A program made the position numbers and the translations under genes. From an uncultured Candidatus Saccharibacteria bacterium (GTDB lineage: Bacteria; Patescibacteriota; Minisyncoccia; Phycocordibacterales; JAKFXT01): a DNA stretch of 64,000 nt. Below the pieces are notes generated by a model that saw nothing but the letters and a program-made list of their open reading frames with translations, was not told the origin of the DNA and did no database searches. Positions 56,270 through 64,000 of this stretch are shown here, piece by piece. The stretch lies in NCBI GenBank assembly GCA_964385825.1, contig CAYLPX010000001.1:84493-148492 (forward strand), written 5' to 3'. Position 1 is the stretch's first letter. Each line of letters starts with the position of its first letter.

Positions 56270-57262
56270 CTAATTTGCGGCGTTAAGGTAGCGGCGCTTG
56301 TTTGTTAAATGTTCTTCGTACGTTGTTGCGTAGTAGAACGATCCTCCACGACTGGTAAGATAAAAAAGATACTTAGTTGGTTTAGCGGAAAGAGCGGCCT
56401 TTATAGATTCAAGTCCAGGATTTGCAATCGGAGTTGGTGGAAGTCCTTTATATTTGTAAGTATTGTACGGCGATGTTGTGGCAAGATCTTTGGTCGTTAG
56501 TTCATAGGTATTTTTACCGAGCGCATAGTCTAAAGTTGAATCAACCTGTAGAAGCATTCCGACGGCAATACGCTTCCATAAAATGCTAGCTACGTTTTGT
56601 CTGTTTTCAAAGTTTTGGGCCTCCTTTTCTAGAATTGAGGCCATGGTCACCACATCATGTAAGCTTTTACCGAAGCTCCGCACTTCTTTGTTGAGCGGAT
56701 CAGTTTTTTCTTTAAAGGTACTTTGCATAGTAGTAATAACTTCTTTGGCATCAGCGGATTGTAGAAAGAAATAGGTGTCAGGGAATAAGAAGCCCTCAAG
56801 AGGTGTGCCGAGGGTTATGAAGTCTTTTTCATTGCAGAGTGGAAGGGACTTGGCGCAGAGAGCGGCCAACTCGCGCACAGCAAGTCCTTCAGGAAAGGTA
56901 ACGCGGATAGATAGCAACTGATGGTCTCCATGTGCAAGACGGCGAGCGACTTCCACTAAGTTTTGCTTATGATTAAAAAGGTACCCTCCGGCCAGTACCC
57001 CGTTTGAACCGCTAAGTTTAACTATCATAGAAAAGAGGACTGTTGAGCGGATAATATGTCTGCTTTTGAGTAATTCGGCAGCAGCTACAACTGAACTATC
57101 TTTAGGGATAATGACCATATCATTTTCTGGAAAGTTGAGTGGTGCCGCCAAAAACATTCCATAAGCTACAAAGCTAACAAACAAAAGAGCAAGAACAACT
57201 CTGGCAACCGTTTTGGGTATAGCAAGATAAAAACGAATAACGAGTTCCTTCGGTTTATGCAT
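56270..57262 (-). CDS. mltG: endolytic murein transglycosylase MltG (YceG family)
   Basis: N-terminal TM segment and a YceG-like domain. Confidence 0.75.
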   Translation of the reverse strand: MHKPKELVIRFYLAIPKTVARVVLALLFVSFVAYGMFLAAPLNFPENDMVIIPKDSSVVAAAELLKSRHIIRSTVLFSMIVKLSGSNGVLAGGYLFNHKQNLVEVARRLAHGDHQLLSIRVTFPEGLAVRELAALCAKSLPLCNEKDFITLGTPLEGFLFPDTYFFLQSADAKEVITTMQSTFKEKTDPLNKEVRSFGKSLHDVVTMASILEKEAQNFENRQNVASILWKRIAVGMLLQVDSTLDYALGKNTYELTTKDLATTSPYNTYKYKGLPPTPIANPGLESIKAALSAKPTKYLFYLTSRGGSFYYATTYEEHLTNKRRYLNAAN

Positions 57263-57265
57263 AGT

Positions 57266-58522
57266 TTAGTGCGGCAAATTAGTTGGAGCATCTGCCCTAC
57301 GCGAGGTAACACGATTAATCATCGGTGTTTGTAGTGTTGAACCAATAGGGTGGAAAATAGTGGCCATCTCTTCGGTGTTTAGAATAATAGGATGTTCTTT
57401 GTGTGGATTATAAAAGAACATACGACGACGATAAGCATCAACTGCATGGTGTTTAATTTTATCCTTACGGATATCTCTAAAGTCTTGCCATGGATAGTCA
57501 AAGGGGTCAGCTACATGGTTAACTGTAAAACCATTTAGATTTGTTGAGTTGTACTGCTTCATTAAAGTTAAAAGGGTTGCAATACGTCCCCCATTAAACT
57601 TTTCTGGTTCAGCAAAGTAGATTAGGCGTATACCCACATCAAAGGCAATTTTAGAAACGCTTCGTTCAATAGCCGCAAAAAGATCGGCTTCTCCTTTGGT
57701 GGGGATTCGTTCGAATTCAACTTGCTTATCACCTTGAGTTTTTGTCTGTGCGAGCATTTTGGCACGAAGTTCTGTAATAAGCGCCTTACCTTCCTCCTCA
57801 AGTGTTGTCTCACCAAACCATGTTCCATGCTTATGTTTTTTCTTGTGAGCAGTAAATACAATTTGGTACCATGCGTACTCTCCTTTTTGAAGGGTGCTTA
57901 GGTATTCAAGAAGGTGTGAGAATGGATCTATTTTGAACTCCTCTTTGGGATCCTTATCAAGCCCATAGTCCACATAGGTTTTGATTGGATATGGGTCTGG
58001 TTTCGTTAGGCCAAAGTTGTTACACCAAACCAAAAATTTCTTTTTATTATAATGAGGCATCATGTCGGTGTAATCCTCTACTTCATTTATCTCTATATTG
58101 GGATACTGCCCGTAAAACTGTGCCTCAACAAGATTTTTGAATGAAGCGCGTGTCCAAAAGTAAAAGTGAATGTTGCCCTCAAAAGAAACAATTTCAATTG
58201 AGTACCACGGACGCATTTTCCCGTCTATATACTTTGCGTACCAACTTCCCTCTCCCCCTGTCTGGTGGAGGTTGGATAACACTAGTTCCATAGCAAGTGG
58301 AGATTTGAATACTTCTGGAGGAAATTTTAGCTCAAGGAGGACGTATTTTTGCTTAGCAATAAAATCTGAGCGGATATAGACAATCCAAATATTCCAAAAC
58401 CCTATGCCAAGGGCTATTGGGAGCCAGACTGGTGAGGCAATAAACAGATAATGAAGCAGGGCACCAAACCAGTCGCTATAAAAGACTCCGAAGAGTGGCT
58501 GCCAAAAATCAGTAGATCCCAT
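57266..58522 (-). CDS. hypothetical membrane protein (2 TM segments plus a large soluble domain)
   Basis: Intact 418-aa ORF. No family recognised. Confidence 0.5.
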   Translation of the reverse strand: MGSTDFWQPLFGVFYSDWFGALLHYLFIASPVWLPIALGIGFWNIWIVYIRSDFIAKQKYVLLELKFPPEVFKSPLAMELVLSNLHQTGGEGSWYAKYIDGKMRPWYSIEIVSFEGNIHFYFWTRASFKNLVEAQFYGQYPNIEINEVEDYTDMMPHYNKKKFLVWCNNFGLTKPDPYPIKTYVDYGLDKDPKEEFKIDPFSHLLEYLSTLQKGEYAWYQIVFTAHKKKHKHGTWFGETTLEEEGKALITELRAKMLAQTKTQGDKQVEFERIPTKGEADLFAAIERSVSKIAFDVGIRLIYFAEPEKFNGGRIATLLTLMKQYNSTNLNGFTVNHVADPFDYPWQDFRDIRKDKIKHHAVDAYRRRMFFYNPHKEHPIILNTEEMATIFHPIGSTLQTPMINRVTSRRADAPTNLPH

Positions 58523-58571
58523 ATAGCAATATTGTAACGCACAGTTGTAAGTTTAGTGAAATACTCAAAGG

Positions 58572-58603
58572 AAAAACCCTCCGCCAAATGGCGGAGGGTT
58601 TTT
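58572..58603 (-). terminator. intrinsic terminator (accctccgcc-aaat-ggcggagggt plus a T run)
   Basis: Read directly. Confidence 0.6.
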
Positions 58604-58612
58604 CGTGGAGTG

Positions 58613-59650
58613 TTACGCAGCTACGTATTTTCCTTCTTTATTTTTCTTGAAAAACTTAGGGTTCTGGAGATTAACTGAAATAGTATTTTCTTTCACATAA
58701 CGCTCCTTCAAAACCTTCTCTACAATTTCTTGCTTGGTAAGTGGGCCGTGTTTCTTAATGATTTCGCGGATAACATCTTTTACAACACCAGCGGCATATC
58801 CCCATTCTGACAATGCATACAATCCTCGTCCAACCAAAACAAAACGTTTATCCTTAATAAGTTCGTTGTGGCAAGTAGCAACATGAGCTTCACGATCAAA
58901 AAGTTCTTGAATAGCCTTAGCAACTTCGGTGAAGTGCATAGGAGATCCATGACGACGAATAGCAAGATAGGCAAAATCACGCATACCCTTCGCTTTAATG
59001 TTAGCTGAATGAGCTGCTCCCCACTCCCCAAGTGGGTTACGATTTATTTTCTTAGAAAGTGAGAGCCAGCGCTTAGCAAGTTCTTTATCCTTATACTCTT
59101 CAGAGACTTCTTTTAGTTCATTCAAAAAGGTATCTATCATTTCAGCTTCAGGAATAAGAGCATCGTCTTCAAGTGACTCATAGAGTCTCTTAAGGGATCC
59201 TTCGATCTTGTTAGCGAGCGTATCGTCAGTAAACCAGCGGTGGTGGAAATGCTCATCCTCCTTGCGCTTCTTAAAAGCGTCTCCAAGCACAAGCATAAAA
59301 TGAATACAGTTTTGTGTGCCTGGATCATCGCTAATTGCCTTAAGGAAATGCGCTTCAGAGACAATAGAGCCCATTTCTTTCATGGCGCGAGCAAGATCAG
59401 AAAGAGCTTCAACTTCTTTGGTATAAGCCGGAGACTTACGGATTACACCAAAAGAGTAGTTTTCGATTTGGCGAACACGCTCACGAGTGATTTTGTAGGT
59501 CTTACCAATGCTTTCAAGGGTCATGTGCTCAGAGGTTTTACCAAGTCCGTAACGGTTGGTGATAACGTCCCGAGCACGTAGAGGAAGCGCCCCGAGGAGG
59601 CGCTTAACGACTTGCTTTGGCTTAAAATTAAGTGTGACCTTCATAATCAA
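58613..59650 (-). CDS. sigma-70 region-4-like HTH domain protein with a C-terminal winged-helix-like domain (putative transcription factor)
   Basis: LKRLLGALPLRARDVITNRYGL...TLESIGKTYKITRERVRQIE is a strong match to the sigma70 region 4 signature. Regions 2 and 3 are absent. Confidence 0.55.
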   Translation of the reverse strand: MIMKVTLNFKPKQVVKRLLGALPLRARDVITNRYGLGKTSEHMTLESIGKTYKITRERVRQIENYSFGVIRKSPAYTKEVEALSDLARAMKEMGSIVSEAHFLKAISDDPGTQNCIHFMLVLGDAFKKRKEDEHFHHRWFTDDTLANKIEGSLKRLYESLEDDALIPEAEMIDTFLNELKEVSEEYKDKELAKRWLSLSKKINRNPLGEWGAAHSANIKAKGMRDFAYLAIRRHGSPMHFTEVAKAIQELFDREAHVATCHNELIKDKRFVLVGRGLYALSEWGYAAGVVKDVIREIIKKHGPLTKQEIVEKVLKERYVKENTISVNLQNPKFFKKNKEGKYVAA

Positions 59651-59742
59651 TTTGTGTTGTATTTATACGTTTTAGCACTTAGTTGTGGAATAGTCAAGTC
59701 CTCCCTGTTAGTAGCTATTTTTGCCTTTTTCCACAGCTGTTT

Positions 59743-59865
59743 TTACTTTTTAATGAGGTCTATCCAAGGGCCATGGAGGGTCAGGACTAATACCCAAGCG
59801 GGAAACATCACAATCCCTCCTACAATAAAAACCCCAAAACGTATGATTTTACCGACTGTCTCCAT
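59743..59865 (-). CDS. possible 40-aa small membrane protein (METVGKIIRFGVFIVGGIVMFPAWVLVLTLHGPWIDLIKK)
   Basis: Hand-translated ORF starting 4 nt after the leuS stop. It has one hydrophobic helix and no clear SD. Confidence 0.25.
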   Translation of the reverse strand: METVGKIIRFGVFIVGGIVMFPAWVLVLTLHGPWIDLIKK

Positions 59866-59868
59866 AGG

Positions 59869-62751
59869 TTAGATAATGATATTAAGAACTTTGCCTGGAA
59901 TGTAAATGGTACGCTTTATTTCTCCCGCTATCCACTTAGCAATGGAATCTTCCCCTTTGGCCGCTTTAAGTGCCTCTTCTACAGGAGCTTCACTACCTAC
60001 AGTAATAACCCCACGGGCTTTTCCATTGATAGAAACAGAAATAGTGACAGTATCAGTCTTTAAGTATTTAGGATTAAAGACAGGCCACTTCTCGAGGTGA
60101 ATTGATTTCTTATTTCCAAGTTCTTGCCAAAGTTCCTCTGTTACATGTGGGGCAAATGGAGCAAGAAGACGCAGGAATATTTGATACTGCTCTCTTGTTA
60201 CTGTTGGATTATGCTCCATTTCATTGAGTAGAATCATGAGCTGGCTAATAGCCGTATTCATTTTAAGCCCCTCAATATCCTCACTAACCTTTTTTATGGT
60301 TTTGTGAAGTAACGGTAAGAAAGCTTCGGTATTGTGGTTCCGACAATCACGGCAAGTTTCCTTAAGTGGAACTCCAATATAAAACTGCCCAATGTTAAAT
60401 ACCCTTTCGATGAATCGCCTGGAGCCAGCCATGCTGTCTCCATCCCAGGCAATAGGTTGATCAAATGGTCCCATGAACATTTCAAAGAGACGTAGTGTGT
60501 CAGCTCCCAAAGTTTCAACGATAGTATCGGGGTTAATAACATTACCCTTTGATTTGGACATTTTAGCACCACCCTTAGCTAAGATAAGGCCATGACTTGT
60601 ACGCTTTTTATAGGGTTCACTAGTTGGAACAAGCTTTAAGTCGTAAAGAAACTTATGCCAAAAACGTGAATACAAAAGATGGAGTGTGGTGTGTTCCATT
60701 CCCCCGTTATACCAATCAACCGGCGTCCAGTAGGAAAGAGTTTTTTTACTCGCAAACTCTTTTTTATTTTGTGGATCGGCGTAGCGTAAGAAATACCATG
60801 ATGAGCCAGCCCACTGTGGCATGGTGTCTGTTTCGCGTCTTGCTGGACCCTTACACTTTGGGCAGGTAGTTGTTATCCACTTCTCCATGAGAGAAAGCGG
60901 TGACTCTCCAGTACTGGTTGGTTTGTAACTTTTAACTTTAGGAAGGACAACGGGGAGATTTTTTTCGGGTACAGGGACAATGCCACAGGTTTCGCAGTGA
61001 ATGATTGGTATTGGTTCACCCCAGTAGCGCTGACGAGAAAAAATCCAGTCGCGTAATTTGAAGGAAATTTTCTTTTTGCCTAAAGTTGCTTCTCTAATTT
61101 TTACTTTAGCCTCTTCGCTGGTAAGCCCGGTGAAGGGGCCAGAGTTAATGAGGACGCCGCTTTCGGTGTACACACTATCTTCCTTCTCCCACCGTGCTAG
61201 CCAATCAGCAAGTTCAGCATGAACTACTTTTGGATACACTATTTCTTCCTTACTGAACCATTGTAGATCGTAAGCATCCCCCTCTTCTTTGGTTCTCTCT
61301 ACTACAGTCTCATCAAGCAAATCAAACATGACGGCTTGTGTGAAAGCTATACGATTCTGATCTTTATGAGCAGCAAAATATTCTGCGCGTACCTGTCCTC
61401 CTAAAACTTTTATAAACTTTAAGTTTGTGTACCCTGTTTCTTCCGCCACTTCTCTTTTAGCAGCAGTTACAACATCTTCCCCGGCTTCTACCCCGCCCAT
61501 AGGAAAAGTAATCCAGGGCTGGGCTTTCCATTTGAGGAGTAAGTATTTATTGGTCTGGGGGTTACGAACAATGCAGTGAACATTTTGTCTTTCAACAACT
61601 CTTTTACCTTCTCGTGGTGGGTTGTTTTGATCGACTCGATTTGGTACCACTACTTCTTTTATGGGAAGATTGTGAGCTTTGGCAAAAGCGTAATCACGTT
61701 CATCATGCGCGGGAACGGCCATAATGGCCCCTGTTCCATAATGTGCTAAGACATAATCCGCTATAAAAATTGGCACTGTCTCTTTTGTGCCGGGGTTTAT
61801 GGCTACAACACCCTCAAGCTGTACACCCGTCTTTTCTTTGCCTTCTGCTGTTCTTTCAATATCCTCCTTTGCAAGCGCTGCCTTTTGATATGCTTCCAAA
61901 GCCCTTTGATTAGTAATAGCTGGTGCTAATACTTTTAAGATGGGATGCTCTGGAGCAAGTACAACATAAGTAGCGCCAAAGAGCGTGTCTGGCCTTGTAG
62001 TAAAAACTTCAAGTTTGGCTAATACATCCTGGCCCGCATTAGCAATAGGAAAGGTTAGTAAGGCCCCTTCGCTTTTTCCTATCCAGTTACGTTGCTGGAT
62101 TTTAATTTTTTCTAAATAATCAACAGAGTCTAGATCTTTGTCCAAGCGCTCAGCATATTTAGTAATAGCAAGCATCCATTGCTCTCGCTCACGCTTCTCG
62201 GTTGGTGTTCCACAGCGCTCGCACTTCCCATCTATGACTTCTTCATTAGCTAAGCCCACCAGATCCTTCGGACACCAATTAACTACGGTACGAGCTTTGT
62301 AGGCTAAACCCTTCTTTAGTAACTGTAAAAATATCCATTGCGTCCATTTGTAGTAAGCCGGATCGGTAGTATTAACCTCACGACTCCAGTCAAAAGAAAA
62401 ACCAAGTCTTTGGAGTTGCTTACGAAAATTGGCTATATTTTTCTTGGTTTGAATGGCGGGATGAATACCTGTTTTAATTGCATAGTTTTCAGCCGGAAGT
62501 CCAAAAGCATCCCAACCAATCGGAAAAAGTACGTTATACCCCTCGCCTCGCCGTTTGCGAGCGACAATGTCCATAGCGGTATTGCTACGAATGTGACCAA
62601 CGTGTAAACCCTCTCCCGAAGGGTATGGGAACTCAATAAGACCGTAGAATTTTTTAGTTTTTGAGGGGAAGTTGGCCTTACCAAGGTTTTCCTTCTTCCA
62701 AACTGCCTGCCATTTCTTTTCAATCCTTTTGTGGTTATAGGTTCTAGCCAT
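59869..62751 (-). CDS. leuS: leucine--tRNA ligase carrying an inserted NUDIX hydrolase domain (about aa 371-531)
   Basis: HIGH (HVGH) and KMSKS are present. The TTRPDT editing region is intact. The insert contains a complete Nudix box GGVEAGEDVVTAAKREVAEETGY. Confidence 0.9.
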   Translation of the reverse strand: MARTYNHKRIEKKWQAVWKKENLGKANFPSKTKKFYGLIEFPYPSGEGLHVGHIRSNTAMDIVARKRRGEGYNVLFPIGWDAFGLPAENYAIKTGIHPAIQTKKNIANFRKQLQRLGFSFDWSREVNTTDPAYYKWTQWIFLQLLKKGLAYKARTVVNWCPKDLVGLANEEVIDGKCERCGTPTEKREREQWMLAITKYAERLDKDLDSVDYLEKIKIQQRNWIGKSEGALLTFPIANAGQDVLAKLEVFTTRPDTLFGATYVVLAPEHPILKVLAPAITNQRALEAYQKAALAKEDIERTAEGKEKTGVQLEGVVAINPGTKETVPIFIADYVLAHYGTGAIMAVPAHDERDYAFAKAHNLPIKEVVVPNRVDQNNPPREGKRVVERQNVHCIVRNPQTNKYLLLKWKAQPWITFPMGGVEAGEDVVTAAKREVAEETGYTNLKFIKVLGGQVRAEYFAAHKDQNRIAFTQAVMFDLLDETVVERTKEEGDAYDLQWFSKEEIVYPKVVHAELADWLARWEKEDSVYTESGVLINSGPFTGLTSEEAKVKIREATLGKKKISFKLRDWIFSRQRYWGEPIPIIHCETCGIVPVPEKNLPVVLPKVKSYKPTSTGESPLSLMEKWITTTCPKCKGPARRETDTMPQWAGSSWYFLRYADPQNKKEFASKKTLSYWTPVDWYNGGMEHTTLHLLYSRFWHKFLYDLKLVPTSEPYKKRTSHGLILAKGGAKMSKSKGNVINPDTIVETLGADTLRLFEMFMGPFDQPIAWDGDSMAGSRRFIERVFNIGQFYIGVPLKETCRDCRNHNTEAFLPLLHKTIKKVSEDIEGLKMNTAISQLMILLNEMEHNPTVTREQYQIFLRLLAPFAPHVTEELWQELGNKKSIHLEKWPVFNPKYLKTDTVTISVSINGKARGVITVGSEAPVEEALKAAKGEDSIAKWIAGEIKRTIYIPGKVLNIII

Positions 62752-62780
62752 AGTTACTTGATATTACTAAAGAGATACCA

Positions 62781-62826
62781 AAAATCAAAACCCCTCCCCA
62801 AACTTGGGGAGGGGTTTTGATTTTTT
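62781..62826. terminator. bidirectional terminator (16-bp stem atcaaaacccctcccc / ggggaggggttttgat)
   Basis: Read directly. Confidence 0.65.
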
Positions 62827-63793
62827 AGTCTATAGTAGGGTCCACCGGTGTTTTCCCTCTTGTCTTATAGATATCGGGATCTATGGTCCGGGAGAAACAA
62901 TAATTTCCCGCTGGATGCTTCCAATTATCCCCCTCAAGACCCAATTGTGGATAGCTGGCGTAGGTATTGGTGGATGGATAGGCACGATCATTACTTGCTT
63001 TGTTAAATGTTGCACAAATTTCAAAAGAATTAGCCCCTTTTACTGTGTAGGTATACGCCTCTCCTCTTTGCTTATCAACAGGAATACTGCCATAGCCGAG
63101 GGTGTCCTTTGTTTCAGCTAACGTTGTTGGCAACTTACTCTTGTTTTGCCAGTAACTCACCACCTCAGTTTGGATATTCATAAGATCAGTAACCTTTTGA
63201 TTATCAAAACCAAGCAATCGAGCAGTCATTGGAGACCCGATTATGAAGAAGCCACTCACCACACTTCCGAGGACTATAAGTACAGCAACTATACCGAACG
63301 TGTGTCCTTTGCGTGGACTTGCTATATAAGCTCCGCGAAGGTCAAGAAGATAGTAATAGAGAGTTAGTCCGGCAATAATAAGCACAGCTAAGACCTTATA
63401 GAGGAATCGGCTAGTCACCTCTCCATTCAGGAAGGTATTAATAAGTGTGATGAGGTCACCTATAACAAGCGCGGCAGCCAAAAAAAGTGTGAGGAATAAG
63501 AGCCACTTGCGGACTCCAACATCTTTGCGCGCTGGATCAAGGCGAAGTTGCTTGTTCTGGTAGTATGAAAGTCCAAGGAAAACTGGAAACAGTACCATGA
63601 GCACCGCAAGTGAAAATCGAACAGCACCTGAATAGGGATCGTAATAATACGGCATGTCAGTTAGTGCGTCTGGGAATAAATAATCTACATAGTTGAACAG
63701 TAAAGCGAGAAGACTTCCTACTGAACTATAAAGAGTGCTGATAATAGCTAGATAGACGAAAAAGTCTTTAGCAGTTGATTTTGTTGGTTCCAT
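62825..63793 (-). CDS. hypothetical membrane protein (4-5 TM segments plus a C-terminal extracytoplasmic domain)
   Basis: Intact 322-aa ORF. No family recognised. Confidence 0.5.
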   Translation of the reverse strand: MEPTKSTAKDFFVYLAIISTLYSSVGSLLALLFNYVDYLFPDALTDMPYYYDPYSGAVRFSLAVLMVLFPVFLGLSYYQNKQLRLDPARKDVGVRKWLLFLTLFLAAALVIGDLITLINTFLNGEVTSRFLYKVLAVLIIAGLTLYYYLLDLRGAYIASPRKGHTFGIVAVLIVLGSVVSGFFIIGSPMTARLLGFDNQKVTDLMNIQTEVVSYWQNKSKLPTTLAETKDTLGYGSIPVDKQRGEAYTYTVKGANSFEICATFNKASNDRAYPSTNTYASYPQLGLEGDNWKHPAGNYCFSRTIDPDIYKTRGKTPVDPTID

Positions 63794-64000
63794 ATTTATT
63801 AAGTCTAGTACTATTCCATGAGGACTTCATGAATTGTCATTAAGTATAGCAAATTTTATTAGCCAAGTGTTACTTGGGTGGAAAACCTAAATAGGTAAGA
63901 TAGCCGAATTTTTGCAAAATCGGGTAATAGATGAGACCTGCCCCCTTCCAAATTATTGCCTGCACAGTCAAAAGTAAAAGTACAAATGGATAACGAATGT

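Noticed and set aside
1-64000. CRISPR arrays, transposases or integrases
   Set aside because: No tandem direct-repeat array and no ORF with recombinase or transposase motifs was seen. The tRNA-end repeats therefore have no associated mobile machinery.

Overview
The window reads as a low-GC (about 40-45% GC by eye) bacterial chromosome segment using standard code 11. It is densely packed with housekeeping genes for translation, cell-wall synthesis, chaperones, replication and repair. The gene content suggests a reduced-genome, Patescibacteria/CPR-like organism; this is an inference, and the evidence is a truncated AlaRS, an archaeal-type AspRS, a stand-alone sigma region-4 protein and many lineage-specific membrane proteins. 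I annotate about 70 CDS, 2 tRNAs (tRNA-Glu CUC, tRNA-Pro GGG), many intrinsic terminators and several sigma70-like promoters. The most striking unexplained structure is a set of small islets of clearly higher GC. Each carries one to three small ORFs with its own promoter, Shine-Dalgarno site and hairpin/U-run terminator, sitting between AT-rich core genes. Both tRNA genes are flanked by short copies of their own ends, which look like integration or duplication scars. Next to tRNA-Pro lies a DprA/SLOG-like Rossmann protein, an EVE-domain protein and a very AT-rich gene for a 2-TM membrane protein bracketed by two near-identical palindromic hairpins. Other notable observations are a complete NUDIX domain inserted into LeuRS, a candidate minus-strand sRNA locus between rmuC and rplU, and a secreted Cys-rich gene split at a T7 tract. 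A nuclease/repair cluster ends in an ATP-cone fused to a restriction-endonuclease fold. No CRISPR array, transposase or integrase is visible.
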